A DNA stretch of 64,000 bases from Bacillota bacterium (lineage in GTDB: Bacteria; Bacillota; JAAYKD01), in assembly GCA_963666425.2 (NCBI GenBank), contig OY762825.2, positions 96,001-160,000 on the forward strand, read 5' to 3'. A program made the position numbers and the translations under genes. This document shows, piece after piece, positions 1-8,733 of this stretch. The notes under the pieces were generated by a model. That model was not told the DNA's origin. It saw only the letters and a list, made by a program, of their open reading frames with translations, and ran no database searches. Numbering within the stretch: position 1 is the stretch's first letter; each line of letters starts with the position of its first letter.

Positions 1-26
1 CCGATGTCTACGCCAAAAGTAATCAT
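1..26 (-). CDS. 5' fragment of an ASKHA-fold ATPase (BadF/BadG/BcrA/BcrD activator-like or ROK), runs off window
   Basis: Minus strand reads GAGGAG-ttgctgtaa-ATG ATT ACT TTT GGC GTA GAC ATC GG = MITFGVDIG, a typical N-terminal phosphate-1 motif; only about 9 codons visible. Confidence 0.5.
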
Positions 27-215
27 TTACAGCAACTCCTCAAACTGGAATGCGGCAAAGGATGATCTCTCTGACGCTGACAGCTGCAACCTCGCGTGAA
101 ATACAAGGATTTTACCCTATCCAGCCAATACGCAGATTTCTGTCAGATCAGAGGCAACACTCTACATCACAGGAACGATTCCCAGGGAACAGTACGTTGA
201 CCTCTGCCTGACAAA

Positions 216-226
216 ATTATACCACA
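216..226 (-). promoter_or_regulatory. Extended -10 sigmaA-type promoter (TGTGgTATAAT)
   Basis: Minus strand TGTGGTATAAT about 190 nt upstream of the ATG at 26; no good -35. Confidence 0.5.
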
Positions 227-316
227 AAGGGCAAACCCCTTGGATACCTAAAGAGTGGCTTTGGCTCGCTTCCTGTACCCCGTAAATGAGTTACCTTGGC
301 ACTACTAGTATATACG

Positions 317-342
317 AGGGAACGGTCTTGACCGTTCCCTAC
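317..342 (-). repeat. REP-like palindrome GTAG-GGAACGGTC-AA-GACCGTTCC
   Basis: Perfect 11-bp inverted repeat AGGGAACGGTC/GACCGTTCCCT with a 5' GTAG on the minus strand and no U-tract. Confidence 0.45.
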
Positions 343-495
343 TACTGCTCCGATGTGGATGTTTGCTATTTCGACATGAATCGTTACGATATGGAATTAC
401 CGTTTCGGCGTGGTTTGTACTTATCGCTTCGGTACTGTAAATATTCTGATCATCGCTCTACAAATACCAATAACGCTTCTCACAATTGCTTTTAG

Positions 496-1425
496 TTAAA
501 TTCGATTGCTGCTGCCTAACACATCACGCATTTTATGCGCTACCATGGCTTGAATTGCGTTTCTGGCCGGTGTTAAGTATTGGCGCGGATCAAAATCGGC
601 GGGATGGTTGATGAAATGACTGCGGATAGAAGCAGTCATCGCCAAGCGAAGATCGGTGTCGATGTTGATCTTGCAAACTCCCATGCCGGCAGCCTGCCGC
701 AGCATTTCTTCCGGTACTCCTTGAGCGCCCTGAATATCACCACCGTATTGATTGCACATGGCGACGAATTCCGGCAGCACGGTTGAGGCGCCATGCAGGA
801 CAATCGGATATCCTGGCATCATCGCCGCAATTTTTTCTAAACGCTGAAAATCAAGCTTCGGGGTGCCTTTAAATTTATAAGCGCCGTGGCTGGTGCCGAT
901 GGAGATGGCTAAGGAGTCAACCCCGGTTCTTTGCACAAATTCCACTGCCTGGTCGGGATCGGTGAAACTGGCGTCTTTACCGCTGACTTTGATCTCATCT
1001 TCGATGCCGGCCAATTTACCCAATTCGCCTTCCACCACAATGCCTTTACTGTGGGCGTAATCCACAACTTCTTTGGTTACGGCAATGTTTTTCTCAAAAT
1101 CATATTTAGAACCATCGATCATGACAGAACTGAAACCACCATCAACGCATGCTTTGCAGATCGCAAAATCCTCACCATGATCCAGATGCAGGGCAATATC
1201 CAAACCGCTGTCGAGCATAGCTGCTTCCACCAATTTCATCAGATAAATATGCTTTGCGTATTTTCTGGCTCCGGCGGAAACCTGCAAAATCAAGGGAGAG
1301 CGTTCCTGCTTTGCAGCTTCGACGATCCCTTGGATGATTTCCATATTGTTGACGTTGAATGCACCAACCGCATATTTTCCTTCATACGCTTTGCGGAACA
1401 TTTCTTTGGTCGAGACAAGTGCCAT
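496..1425 (-). CDS. fba: Class II fructose-1,6-bisphosphate aldolase
   Basis: HLDHG, GTSHGAYK, VLHGAS and KINIDTD motifs; start moved to MALVSTKEMF behind AAGGAGG RBS. Confidence 0.95.
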   Translation of the reverse strand: MALVSTKEMFRKAYEGKYAVGAFNVNNMEIIQGIVEAAKQERSPLILQVSAGARKYAKHIYLMKLVEAAMLDSGLDIALHLDHGEDFAICKACVDGGFSSVMIDGSKYDFEKNIAVTKEVVDYAHSKGIVVEGELGKLAGIEDEIKVSGKDASFTDPDQAVEFVQRTGVDSLAISIGTSHGAYKFKGTPKLDFQRLEKIAAMMPGYPIVLHGASTVLPEFVAMCNQYGGDIQGAQGVPEEMLRQAAGMGVCKINIDTDLRLAMTASIRSHFINHPADFDPRQYLTPARNAIQAMVAHKMRDVLGSSNRI

Positions 1426-1524
1426 TTTGATCTCCTCCTTTTTTCTTATCATAGCACAATCAAAAAAATTTGTCATCAGTTTCAGAAAAAGAAGCAAGCA
1501 ATCTCTTGATTTGCAGCGACTGGT

Positions 1525-1550
1525 AGGATTTTTCTTTCTATAAAGCGAAT
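1525..1550 (+). promoter_or_regulatory. sigmaH-type promoter
   Basis: AGGA-N18-GAAT upstream of the DUF1294 gene. Confidence 0.5.
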
Positions 1551-1622
1551 AGCATAGGATGTGATGGGGGAGAGGGATTATGTCCACCGGATGAACAGAT
1601 TTTTTTTGAGGAGTAATGAAAA

Positions 1623-1901
1623 ATGAAATGGACTGATACTGCAAACTACGCATTTTTGCTGCTGAATTTATGGGCTTTTTTACTGTTTCTTTACGATAAA
1701 ATGATTGCAGGCGGTAAGAGACGGCGCGTACCTGAAAAGAATCTTTGGCTGGCTGCCTTTTTTGGCGGCGCAATTGGCAGTTTACTGGCGATGAGATGGC
1801 TCCGCCATAAGACGCAGCATCGGAATTTCGTCATTGGCATCCCGCTGCTGGCTTTGCTGCAGACGGCAGCTTATCTCTATCTTCGTTTTTTCAGAGGGTA
1901 G
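1623..1901 (+). CDS. DUF1294 family small membrane protein (YsdA-like)
   Basis: YDK...RVPEKNL...GGAIG...MRWLRHKT pattern; GAGGAG RBS. Confidence 0.85.
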   Translation: MKWTDTANYAFLLLNLWAFLLFLYDKMIAGGKRRRVPEKNLWLAAFFGGAIGSLLAMRWLRHKTQHRNFVIGIPLLALLQTAAYLYLRFFRG

Positions 1902-1927
1902 CAACTATTTACATGAGAAAAACAAGG

Positions 1928-1976
1928 GCAAGCCGGTCAGTGTGGATGATTCACTCAAGACCGGCTTGCTTTTTTT
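1928..1976 (+). terminator. Intrinsic terminator
   Basis: GCAAGCCGGTC...GACCGGCTTGC followed by T7. Confidence 0.75.
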
Positions 1977-2010
1977 GCTGCAATTCATTGAAAATTCATT
2001 TTTCGATAGA

Positions 2011-2079
2011 TTGACAATCATAGATATGTTGCTTATACTGAATATAGAAAAATCTCTATGACATAGAAAAATATCTATG
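2011..2079 (+). promoter_or_regulatory. sigmaA promoter with tandem ArsR-type operators
   Basis: TTGACA(2011)-17-TATACT(2034); palindromes TATAGAAAAATCTCTATG (2043-2060) and CATAGAAAAATATCTATG (2062-2079). Confidence 0.75.
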
Positions 2080-2400
2080 AAAGGATTGAGCTCATTGCAG
2101 ACATGCTCGAAAGATACCGTGCGGATTTTAAAAGCATTGGCCGATGAAACAAGGCTTGGAATTATTCAGATGTTGTGCAGGGAAGAGATGTGCGCCTGTA
2201 AAATTCTGAAAAATTTCGATATTACACAGCCAACGCTATCCTATCATCTGAGAATATTAACGGAGTGTGGTTTGCTTGACTCGAAACGCGAGGGAGCATG
2301 GATTCATTACACATTGAATCAGGCAGCGTTTGCAGCGGTCAGTTCGTTTTTTAGCGATCTTTGTGAGAGCTGTAGCCGAGCACAAAAAACATTGCTGTAA
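2077..2400 (+). CDS. ArsR/SmtB family metalloregulator
   Basis: KALADETRL, EMCACKI and QPTLSYHL motifs; true start may be the TTG at 2095. Confidence 0.9.
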   Translation: MKGLSSLQTCSKDTVRILKALADETRLGIIQMLCREEMCACKILKNFDITQPTLSYHLRILTECGLLDSKREGAWIHYTLNQAAFAAVSSFFSDLCESCSRAQKTLL

Positions 2401-2476
2401 AAGCTGTTGGGTAATCAGCAAACAGTAACTGAAACAAAACGGAACGAATCACATCGTTCATTGAGGAGGAATTTGA

Positions 2477-2956
2477 ATGGATACCTATTTTCTATATGGT
2501 GTAACACTGCTTCTTTTAGTGGTTTCTTACTTAAAAGACAAGAAGAAAACGAAAATTTCCTTAAAGAAAGCCTGGAAGGCGTTTGAAAATATTCTGCCGG
2601 AATTCCTGGTTGTGCTGCTCTTAGTCGGTGTTTTATTGGCTTTGCTCAATACGGAAGTGATTTCCAGGATTATCGGTTCCGGTTCTGGTTGGCTTGGTGT
2701 GCTGTTGGCTTCCATCGTGGGTGCGATTACCCTGATCCCAGGATTTATCGCTTTCCCGATGGCGGCAATGCTTTTGCAGGGTGGTGCAGGATATATGCAG
2801 ATTGGCGCCTTTGTCTCCACACTGATGATGGTTGGGGTGGTGACGATGCCGGTGGAGATGAAGTACTTCGGTAAGAAGCTGACTATTTTGCGAAATGTTT
2901 TGGCGTTTCTATTTTCTTTTCTGGTAGCGTATATTATCGGATTGGTGGTGGTTTAA
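2477..2956 (+). CDS. Permease, half-size DUF318/ArsP-like subunit
   Basis: Highly hydrophobic; GAITLIPGFIAFP, E.KYFG.K pattern; GAGGAGG RBS. Confidence 0.75.
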   Translation: MDTYFLYGVTLLLLVVSYLKDKKKTKISLKKAWKAFENILPEFLVVLLLVGVLLALLNTEVISRIIGSGSGWLGVLLASIVGAITLIPGFIAFPMAAMLLQGGAGYMQIGAFVSTLMMVGVVTMPVEMKYFGKKLTILRNVLAFLFSFLVAYIIGLVVV

Positions 2957-2957
2957 T

Positions 2958-3497
2958 ATGAAAGCAATTTTGATTCGATATCGCGCATTTCTGATCACAA
3001 TGGCAGCGATTGGTTTACTTACGCTCTTTAACCAGCAAATTGGTTACAAAGCTCTCAGTATTTCTGCTAAGTCACTGAAAGAAATGCTGTTTGTGATTCC
3101 TCCGGTGTTTGTCCTGCTTGGTTTACTTGATGTCTGGGTGCCAAAGGAGACGATGGTCAAATATATGGGTGAGGATTCCGGTTTGGTGGGAATCGTTTTA
3201 GCCATCTTGATTGGTTCGGCTGCGGCGGGTCCGCTTTATGGCGCTTTCCCGGTTGCGGCGGTGTTTATGAAAAAAGGTGTTAAGTTCAGCAACATTCTAA
3301 TTTTCATCGGCGCCTGGTCGACAACGAAAATACCGATGTTCCTCTTTGAAATGGCAGCGCTTGGCACAAAGTTTGCACTTACCAGGATGCTGGTGGATAT
3401 ACCGGGTGTGATTATCATAGCGTATCTTTTATCGAAGATGGTATCCAAAGAGGAAATTAAGAAGATCTATGAAAATGCCGAAAATATCAGCAAATGA
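2958..3497 (+). CDS. Permease, half-size DUF318/ArsP-like subunit
   Basis: GLLDVWVP, GPLYGAFP and GAWSTTKIP motifs; 1-nt gap from previous gene. Confidence 0.75.
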   Translation: MKAILIRYRAFLITMAAIGLLTLFNQQIGYKALSISAKSLKEMLFVIPPVFVLLGLLDVWVPKETMVKYMGEDSGLVGIVLAILIGSAAAGPLYGAFPVAAVFMKKGVKFSNILIFIGAWSTTKIPMFLFEMAALGTKFALTRMLVDIPGVIIIAYLLSKMVSKEEIKKIYENAENISK

Positions 3498-3857
3498 TCA
3501 AACAAAAGTGAGAAAAAAACCAAGGTAAAAAGCGAAAAGCAGAGAAGTGACATAGAAACTTTAGGTACTGCAAGCAATTCAGACAACAGTAAAGCCGCAC
3601 TTCTGCGCCTGGCAAGTATTACTGCCGAACTTGCTAATCTGACCAACGCTGCAAAGAGTGCCAAAGGGATTGCTGGATTGACGGATGCGATGCACTGTGC
3701 AAAAGAGGCACTAGAAAAAGTTGGATTTCATCCGGATGAACACATCATTTCTAAGGACCTGAAAATTTCCAAGAACTTTGATTTAAACTCATCTACTGAT
3801 CTGGAAAGAATGAAAGAAGCAATCGTGGAAAAAACCAAGAAAGTGTATGATAAATAA
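3498..3857 (+). pseudogene. Decayed DGC-domain (putative zinc-binding) protein gene
   Basis: Fragments FC/LASI, IDGC and HCAKEALEKVGFHPDEHII lie in different frames; no usable start; this slot is typical for DGC genes in ArsR-permease-thioredoxin cassettes. Confidence 0.6.
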
Positions 3858-3871
3858 TGGAGGTGCTGTAG

Positions 3872-4411
3872 ATGAGTGACACAAACCAAAGCAGCAAGCA
3901 AAAACTTGCAATCAAGTTCATCGTTCCAGTTTTAATTGTTCTTCTTGTGGCTGCAATCTGGATTTTGAAGAACTCACAGAAAAGTAATGCTCCCGTCAGT
4001 GACAATCCCGATTTTGCATTACTTGTCACGGAAGAAATCGATCTGGATCAACTAAAATCTTATGGTATACCGATCCTGCTCGATTTTGGTTCTGATTCCT
4101 GCGTTCCCTGTCAGGAATTGGCACCTATTATAGAGGAACTGAACCAGGAACTGCAGGGTAAAGTGATTGTCAGATATCTTGATGTCTGGAAATATCCCGC
4201 TTTGGCACAAAACTACCCGATTACAGTAATTCCAACTCAAGTGTTTATTGATGCAAAAGGTCAGCCGTATGTTCCGGAAGATGCTAATATCATACCAATG
4301 AAGCTATTTGCCATGAAAGACACAAACGAACATGTTTTTACAACCCATGAAGGTGGTTTAACTAAAAATGAATTTATGAGCATTCTAAAGGAAATGGGGA
4401 TGAAGGAATGA
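3872..4411 (+). CDS. Membrane-anchored thioredoxin-family protein
   Basis: N-terminal TM helix, CVPC active site, IPTQVF cis-Pro loop. Confidence 0.85.
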   Translation: MSDTNQSSKQKLAIKFIVPVLIVLLVAAIWILKNSQKSNAPVSDNPDFALLVTEEIDLDQLKSYGIPILLDFGSDSCVPCQELAPIIEELNQELQGKVIVRYLDVWKYPALAQNYPITVIPTQVFIDAKGQPYVPEDANIIPMKLFAMKDTNEHVFTTHEGGLTKNEFMSILKEMGMKE

Positions 4412-5100
4412 TAACGCAGTGGCTAGAATCGTTATCTAACCTCCTTGCGGAAAATTTTTGGCTCGCACCGTTGCTTGCGTTGTTGGCCGGAGTCTTAACC
4501 TCTGTTACTCCCTGCGCTCTATCAAGTGTTCCGCTTGTGATTGGATATGTCGGTGGGACTGGCAGCCATGATCCGAAAAAAGCTTTCCGCTTATCGCTTA
4601 CTTTTGCTCTGGGAATGGCAATCACTTTTACAGCGCTTGGGACCATTGCCTCAATGCTGGGAAATTTGATTGGCAGCTCCGGTAAATGGTGGTATCTTGT
4701 GCTGGGTGTTCTCATGGTTTTCATGGCACTGCAAACTTGGGAAATTTATAATTTTATCCCATCCTCCTACCTGATCAGTAAAAGCACAAAAAAAGGTTAC
4801 ATTGGAGCATTTTTTGCCGGCATCTTAGGAGGCATATTTTCCTCTCCCTGTGCGACTCCCGTTCTTGTTGTCTTGCTTGGCATTGTGGCAAGAGGCAGTA
4901 ATGTTGCTTGGGGTGTTTTACTCCTATTGTTTTATTCGATTGGCCATAGTTTTTTAGTGGTGGTGGCGGGAACCTCGATGGGTCTTGTCAGAAAAATTAC
5001 CGCCAGTGGGAAATATGGCAACTTTAGCCAGATATTGAAATATTCGATGGGGACAGCAATCTTGTTGATCGCATTTTATATGTTCTATTTGGGGTTTTAG
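4408..5100 (+). CDS. CcdA/DsbD-family transmembrane electron transporter
   Basis: TPC and SPCATP paired cysteines; 6 TM-like segments; ATGA overlap. Confidence 0.88.
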   Translation: MITQWLESLSNLLAENFWLAPLLALLAGVLTSVTPCALSSVPLVIGYVGGTGSHDPKKAFRLSLTFALGMAITFTALGTIASMLGNLIGSSGKWWYLVLGVLMVFMALQTWEIYNFIPSSYLISKSTKKGYIGAFFAGILGGIFSSPCATPVLVVLLGIVARGSNVAWGVLLLLFYSIGHSFLVVVAGTSMGLVRKITASGKYGNFSQILKYSMGTAILLIAFYMFYLGF

Positions 5101-5146
5101 CTGCGAGCGTGTCAGCATAATTAATTTTAAAAATGGAGGAGTCAAA

Positions 5147-5386
5147 ATGATCATTAAAATTTTAGGACCCGGCTGTAAAAATTGTGTTGCTCTCACAGAG
5201 AATACGAAAGAAGCTCTTGCGGAACTGGGTATCAAAGCGGAAATTGAAAAGATTACTGATTTTATGGAAATCGCAAGATATGGTGTCATGTCTACCCCGG
5301 GGTTAGTGATCGATGATAAGGTTGTCTCGTTTGGTAAAGTGCTGAAATCAAAAAAAATCGTCAAATTACTCGAGAAAAATCTTTAA
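5147..5386 (+). CDS. Small thioredoxin-like redox-active disulfide protein (MTH895-type)
   Basis: IKILGPGCKNC, YGVMSTPGLVID. Confidence 0.88.
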   Translation: MIIKILGPGCKNCVALTENTKEALAELGIKAEIEKITDFMEIARYGVMSTPGLVIDDKVVSFGKVLKSKKIVKLLEKNL

Positions 5387-5456
5387 TAGCACTGACCACA
5401 GCAAACGATTGCTGCAGCATGCATTCATGCAATAAGAAAATATCAGGAGGAAACAC

Positions 5457-5954
5457 ATGCAAAATATGATGGCACTCACAGAAGCAATGATTGAATTCGA
5501 TCAGGGAGACCCCAAGTTGATTCACCATTTCCTTAAGGTTTACGAATTGGCACGTACGATCGGGCAGGGTGAGCAACTCAGTGAACAAGAACAGTTTATC
5601 CTGGAGAGCGCAGCGTTGGTGCATGACATCGGCATTCACGAAGCCATAAAGAAATTCGGCAGCGGCAGAGGAAAGAATCAGGAGATCGTTGGACCGGATC
5701 TGGCACGGCAACTGCTTAGCAGCCTTGCTTGGCCGGCGGACGTCACAGAACGCGTTGCTTTCCTGGTCGGACATCATCATACCTATACGGAAATTGATCA
5801 GCCAGACTACCGCATCTTAGTCGAAGCCGATTTTTTGGTCAATCTGTTTGAGGGACAGGCAACTTCTGCGGCCTGTCGGGAAGCTTATGACAATATTTTT
5901 CGGACCGAAACCGGCAAGCGCCTTTTCCATTGGATGGTACCGCTACCAGAATAG
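5457..5954 (+). CDS. HD-domain phosphohydrolase
   Basis: HFLKV, HDIG, GHHHT and EADFLVN motifs. Confidence 0.85.
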   Translation: MQNMMALTEAMIEFDQGDPKLIHHFLKVYELARTIGQGEQLSEQEQFILESAALVHDIGIHEAIKKFGSGRGKNQEIVGPDLARQLLSSLAWPADVTERVAFLVGHHHTYTEIDQPDYRILVEADFLVNLFEGQATSAACREAYDNIFRTETGKRLFHWMVPLPE

Positions 5955-6121
5955 TGTGCCAACACCCCCGTCCCCCTGGAACATGGAACTTTCGGAAAAT
6001 TGAAGGAGTTCGGCAAATGTTAGCGAAATTAGACTCTGTAGACTGAAATGAAGGACAGAAGAGTTATTTCGCAGCTGAAAAAATGAGCTTCTGTTCCAAC
6101 GAGATTTGGGAGGGTTTGTTT

Positions 6122-6649
6122 ATGAAAACGTTGAAAATTCAATTGGAGACACTGGAATCGATGGATTATTTTTGGGCTGCATTAAAAGACCGCGAAAAAG
6201 TAGCCGATCAGTTCATTCAGGAAGTAACCGCCATGCAAGGTTATCAACTCAGTTATGACCAGGAATTCACAGCCGAATCGGTTCGCCGCGTGATGTCCGC
6301 TTTGACGAACCACGAACCGTTCAAGGCTGCCAATAAAAAGGAAGGCCGTTTATATAGCAATCATTTATGGATGATGGATGATTTGGGGATTGAAAAAGCG
6401 ATGTTGACTCCGGTCAAGCAATTAAACCTTGATCATATCAAAGACGAACTGGCCGATAAAATTGCTTTTGAGGAAGTTGTGGTACATTTTGTACCACTGC
6501 ATTTGGATACTACCTTCTGCAATAAGAATCATTTGCTGGTCAATTTCTTTAAAGTACAGCCCGGTGATGAAGAAACGCCAACCATGATCCAGGACAAACC
6601 AATGGATGAGTTCATCAAAGAAGCCTTATTGGCCGCAATGGCTAAGTAG
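6122..6649 (+). CDS. Conserved hypothetical protein (recalled as TDE2712-family-like)
   Basis: GGGAGG RBS, clean ORF and downstream terminator; family assignment from memory only. Confidence 0.6.
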   Translation: MKTLKIQLETLESMDYFWAALKDREKVADQFIQEVTAMQGYQLSYDQEFTAESVRRVMSALTNHEPFKAANKKEGRLYSNHLWMMDDLGIEKAMLTPVKQLNLDHIKDELADKIAFEEVVVHFVPLHLDTTFCNKNHLLVNFFKVQPGDEETPTMIQDKPMDEFIKEALLAAMAK

Positions 6650-6666
6650 GCTCTGCAGAGAAGTTT

Positions 6667-6700
6667 CGTCTGCCGCTAGCGGCAGACGGAGCTTTTATTT
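6667..6700 (+). terminator. Intrinsic terminator
   Basis: CGTCTGCCGC-TA-GCGGCAGACG then T-rich tail. Confidence 0.7.
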
Positions 6701-6847
6701 TTCCAATTGCAGTTCAGTGAAAATGTGATTAATTTTCTATGGCATTCTTCTTTTGGAAGGAGATTGCCGCTGCGGGATGGAAGTAGTGAATATCAAATAA
6801 TGAAAAATGAGAAAAGAAAATAATACGCAGAAAGGGAGATGACGCGC

Positions 6848-7273
6848 ATGTTAATTCGCAATTGTGCCGGTGGGGTAGTTTTTCATGGTGATACGGTGTT
6901 GCTTCTGAAAAACGACAAAGAAGAATGGGTTTTTCCCAAAGGAGTCATCCGTTCCAATCAATTGGCTCATGAAGTAGCTGTCGCCAGAGTTCAGTATGAA
7001 GCAGGTGTCACATCTAAAATTGTCGAGCCGGCAGGTCAAACCAGTTATGAATTTTACTCCACTTCACGCAGACGTCCGGTCTGTAACCGAATTACCTGGT
7101 ATTTGATGCTGAGCGATTCTGATAAAGCGTTACCGAATAGCGAACAAGGTTTTACCGACGGCGGTTTTTATCCATACGCACAGGCGTTAGAAATGGTCAC
7201 CTACAGCCAGGATCGATCATTGCTTTCTTTTTCGCATAAGCGTTTAGCAGAACAAAAAGAGAGCGCAATCTAG
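6848..7273 (+). CDS. NUDIX-fold protein with degenerate Nudix box
   Basis: CAGGVVF...WVFPKG...EAGV; alternative start at 6839. Confidence 0.8.
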   Translation: MLIRNCAGGVVFHGDTVLLLKNDKEEWVFPKGVIRSNQLAHEVAVARVQYEAGVTSKIVEPAGQTSYEFYSTSRRRPVCNRITWYLMLSDSDKALPNSEQGFTDGGFYPYAQALEMVTYSQDRSLLSFSHKRLAEQKESAI

Positions 7274-7405
7274 TGAGATCTTTGCACTCGCTTGGACAGC
7301 AGTGCAGCGGTTCTTTTTAAAGCGGCTAATCTTTCGTTTTAGATAAGGCAACTCCAGTCTGTCGGCTGTGGTTGCCTTTTTTTCGTAAAGAGCTTTAAAA
7401 TAGGC

Positions 7406-7440
7406 AAAAAAAACCGGCGCTGTTTTTAAAGCACCGGTTT
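7406..7440 (-). terminator. Intrinsic terminator for the minus-strand gene pair
   Basis: AAACCGGcGC...GCaCCGGTTT with an A8 tract on the left. Confidence 0.65.
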
Positions 7441-7451
7441 CGATTGGGTGA

Positions 7452-8648
7452 TTAGGTGGTATAGAGGTAATGCCCTTCGCCGTTGAAGGTGTAGAGCCCA
7501 TTTTGTTTGCGCCATTCGCCAAAATCGAGGTAAGGCGTTTCGTATTCTTTGAAATCGATAGGGTAACCGCTGAGCGGCGTGTTAAAACTGGTGTAGAAGG
7601 GAAGCATCCGCCCCGATACCGGCACCAAGCCAATGCTTTTTGCCAATTCTTTGGTCAGGCTGACAAAAGAAGTGATGTAGCCACGCTCGCCATAAAGACA
7701 ATCCAGGTAAAGCAAATCCTGCTTATGATCCTGCACAATACGTAAAATCGCGCGGGCAACCAAACTGGTTTCTTCATCTTCTTCCGGATTGATCATTTCC
7801 AACATCGCCATATTGCTGTCCAATAAATTCGCCCAGAGCTTATGGCTCAGTTCGTGCGTATCCAGGCGAATGGGATTCTGACAGCTGCTCCAATGCGGTG
7901 AGCGGGTGCTCATGGTGACAATTGAATAGGGATCCGTCGCGACGCGCATGATATTCAGCGCTTTTCCGCCGCGTTGGTTATATTTGGTCAGGACATTGGG
8001 GTATTCGTAAAAAATCTGAAAGAGAAATTCCTCAATTTTATTAGTTTTGGGCAGCTTCTTTTCAGATTTTGCTTGTAAAGCCTCCAGACGTTCCGTCTGA
8101 AATTCACCGCGATTAAATTCCGCAACAGTCGTTTTGGCAATGAATCGACTGATCTGATGGGAAGCGATGCTGCGGCTTTCCAAAGCAGCCCAATACCACC
8201 ACCAGGGCAGTCGGGAAAGGTTTTTGCTGCTGCTGCGGTATTTTTTGACCGGCTCGGGATCAAGCGCAAAGACAACATTGAGGATACCGCCGATTTTAGG
8301 CGAAGAAATCAATTTTCGCTGTTCCAAAGCCCATTTGGAGCGGAATTCTTTGAAGCGGTTTTCCGATATTTTGCCTTCCATCATTTCCTGCCAGGTTACG
8401 GTATGCAATAATTCCTTTATCCAAGGAGTTTTCTGCAGCTGCGGCGAATTAAGAATACCTTCGGTCCACCAGAAAGGCATCATCGGGGAGGGAATTGCAT
8501 GCACACCACTAATCTGCTGCAGCAAGGGGTGGCGTGGGACAAAATCGGGAAAAGTTTTGGGACAGCAAGACCGCTGTGATTTTAGAAAAAAAGCTTTTGC
8601 CTGCTGTAAACGAAGATCCGGCTCAATCGCTGTGAAATAGTCGGTCAT
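7452..8648 (-). CDS. Hypothetical protein with MS..WSSC / ARAILR / LDxLYG / PYLD motifs (phage-like)
   Basis: Long clean ORF with AAGGTG RBS before MTDYF; function not recognised. Confidence 0.7.
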   Translation of the reverse strand: MTDYFTAIEPDLRLQQAKAFFLKSQRSCCPKTFPDFVPRHPLLQQISGVHAIPSPMMPFWWTEGILNSPQLQKTPWIKELLHTVTWQEMMEGKISENRFKEFRSKWALEQRKLISSPKIGGILNVVFALDPEPVKKYRSSSKNLSRLPWWWYWAALESRSIASHQISRFIAKTTVAEFNRGEFQTERLEALQAKSEKKLPKTNKIEEFLFQIFYEYPNVLTKYNQRGGKALNIMRVATDPYSIVTMSTRSPHWSSCQNPIRLDTHELSHKLWANLLDSNMAMLEMINPEEDEETSLVARAILRIVQDHKQDLLYLDCLYGERGYITSFVSLTKELAKSIGLVPVSGRMLPFYTSFNTPLSGYPIDFKEYETPYLDFGEWRKQNGLYTFNGEGHYLYTT

Positions 8649-8733
8649 ATGATGTTCACCTTCTTGGTTTTTGAGTGGCAGCTTTACCGGATGGCACAAC
8701 TGATTGTTTCCGGTGCGGTAAAGCTTAATTTCC

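Noticed and set aside
286-495. 69-aa plus-strand ORF
   Set aside because: No RBS or recognisable motif; it runs through the palindrome, so likely spurious
1426-1773. 116-aa N-terminal extension on fba
   Set aside because: It overlaps the divergent DUF1294 gene and promoters; a strong RBS sits at the MALVS start
3494-3511. Selenocysteine readthrough rescuing the DGC gene (ATG ATC AAA CAA AAG TGA)
   Set aside because: The TGA is not in a Cys-motif context and downstream motifs need several frameshifts; decay is the simpler explanation
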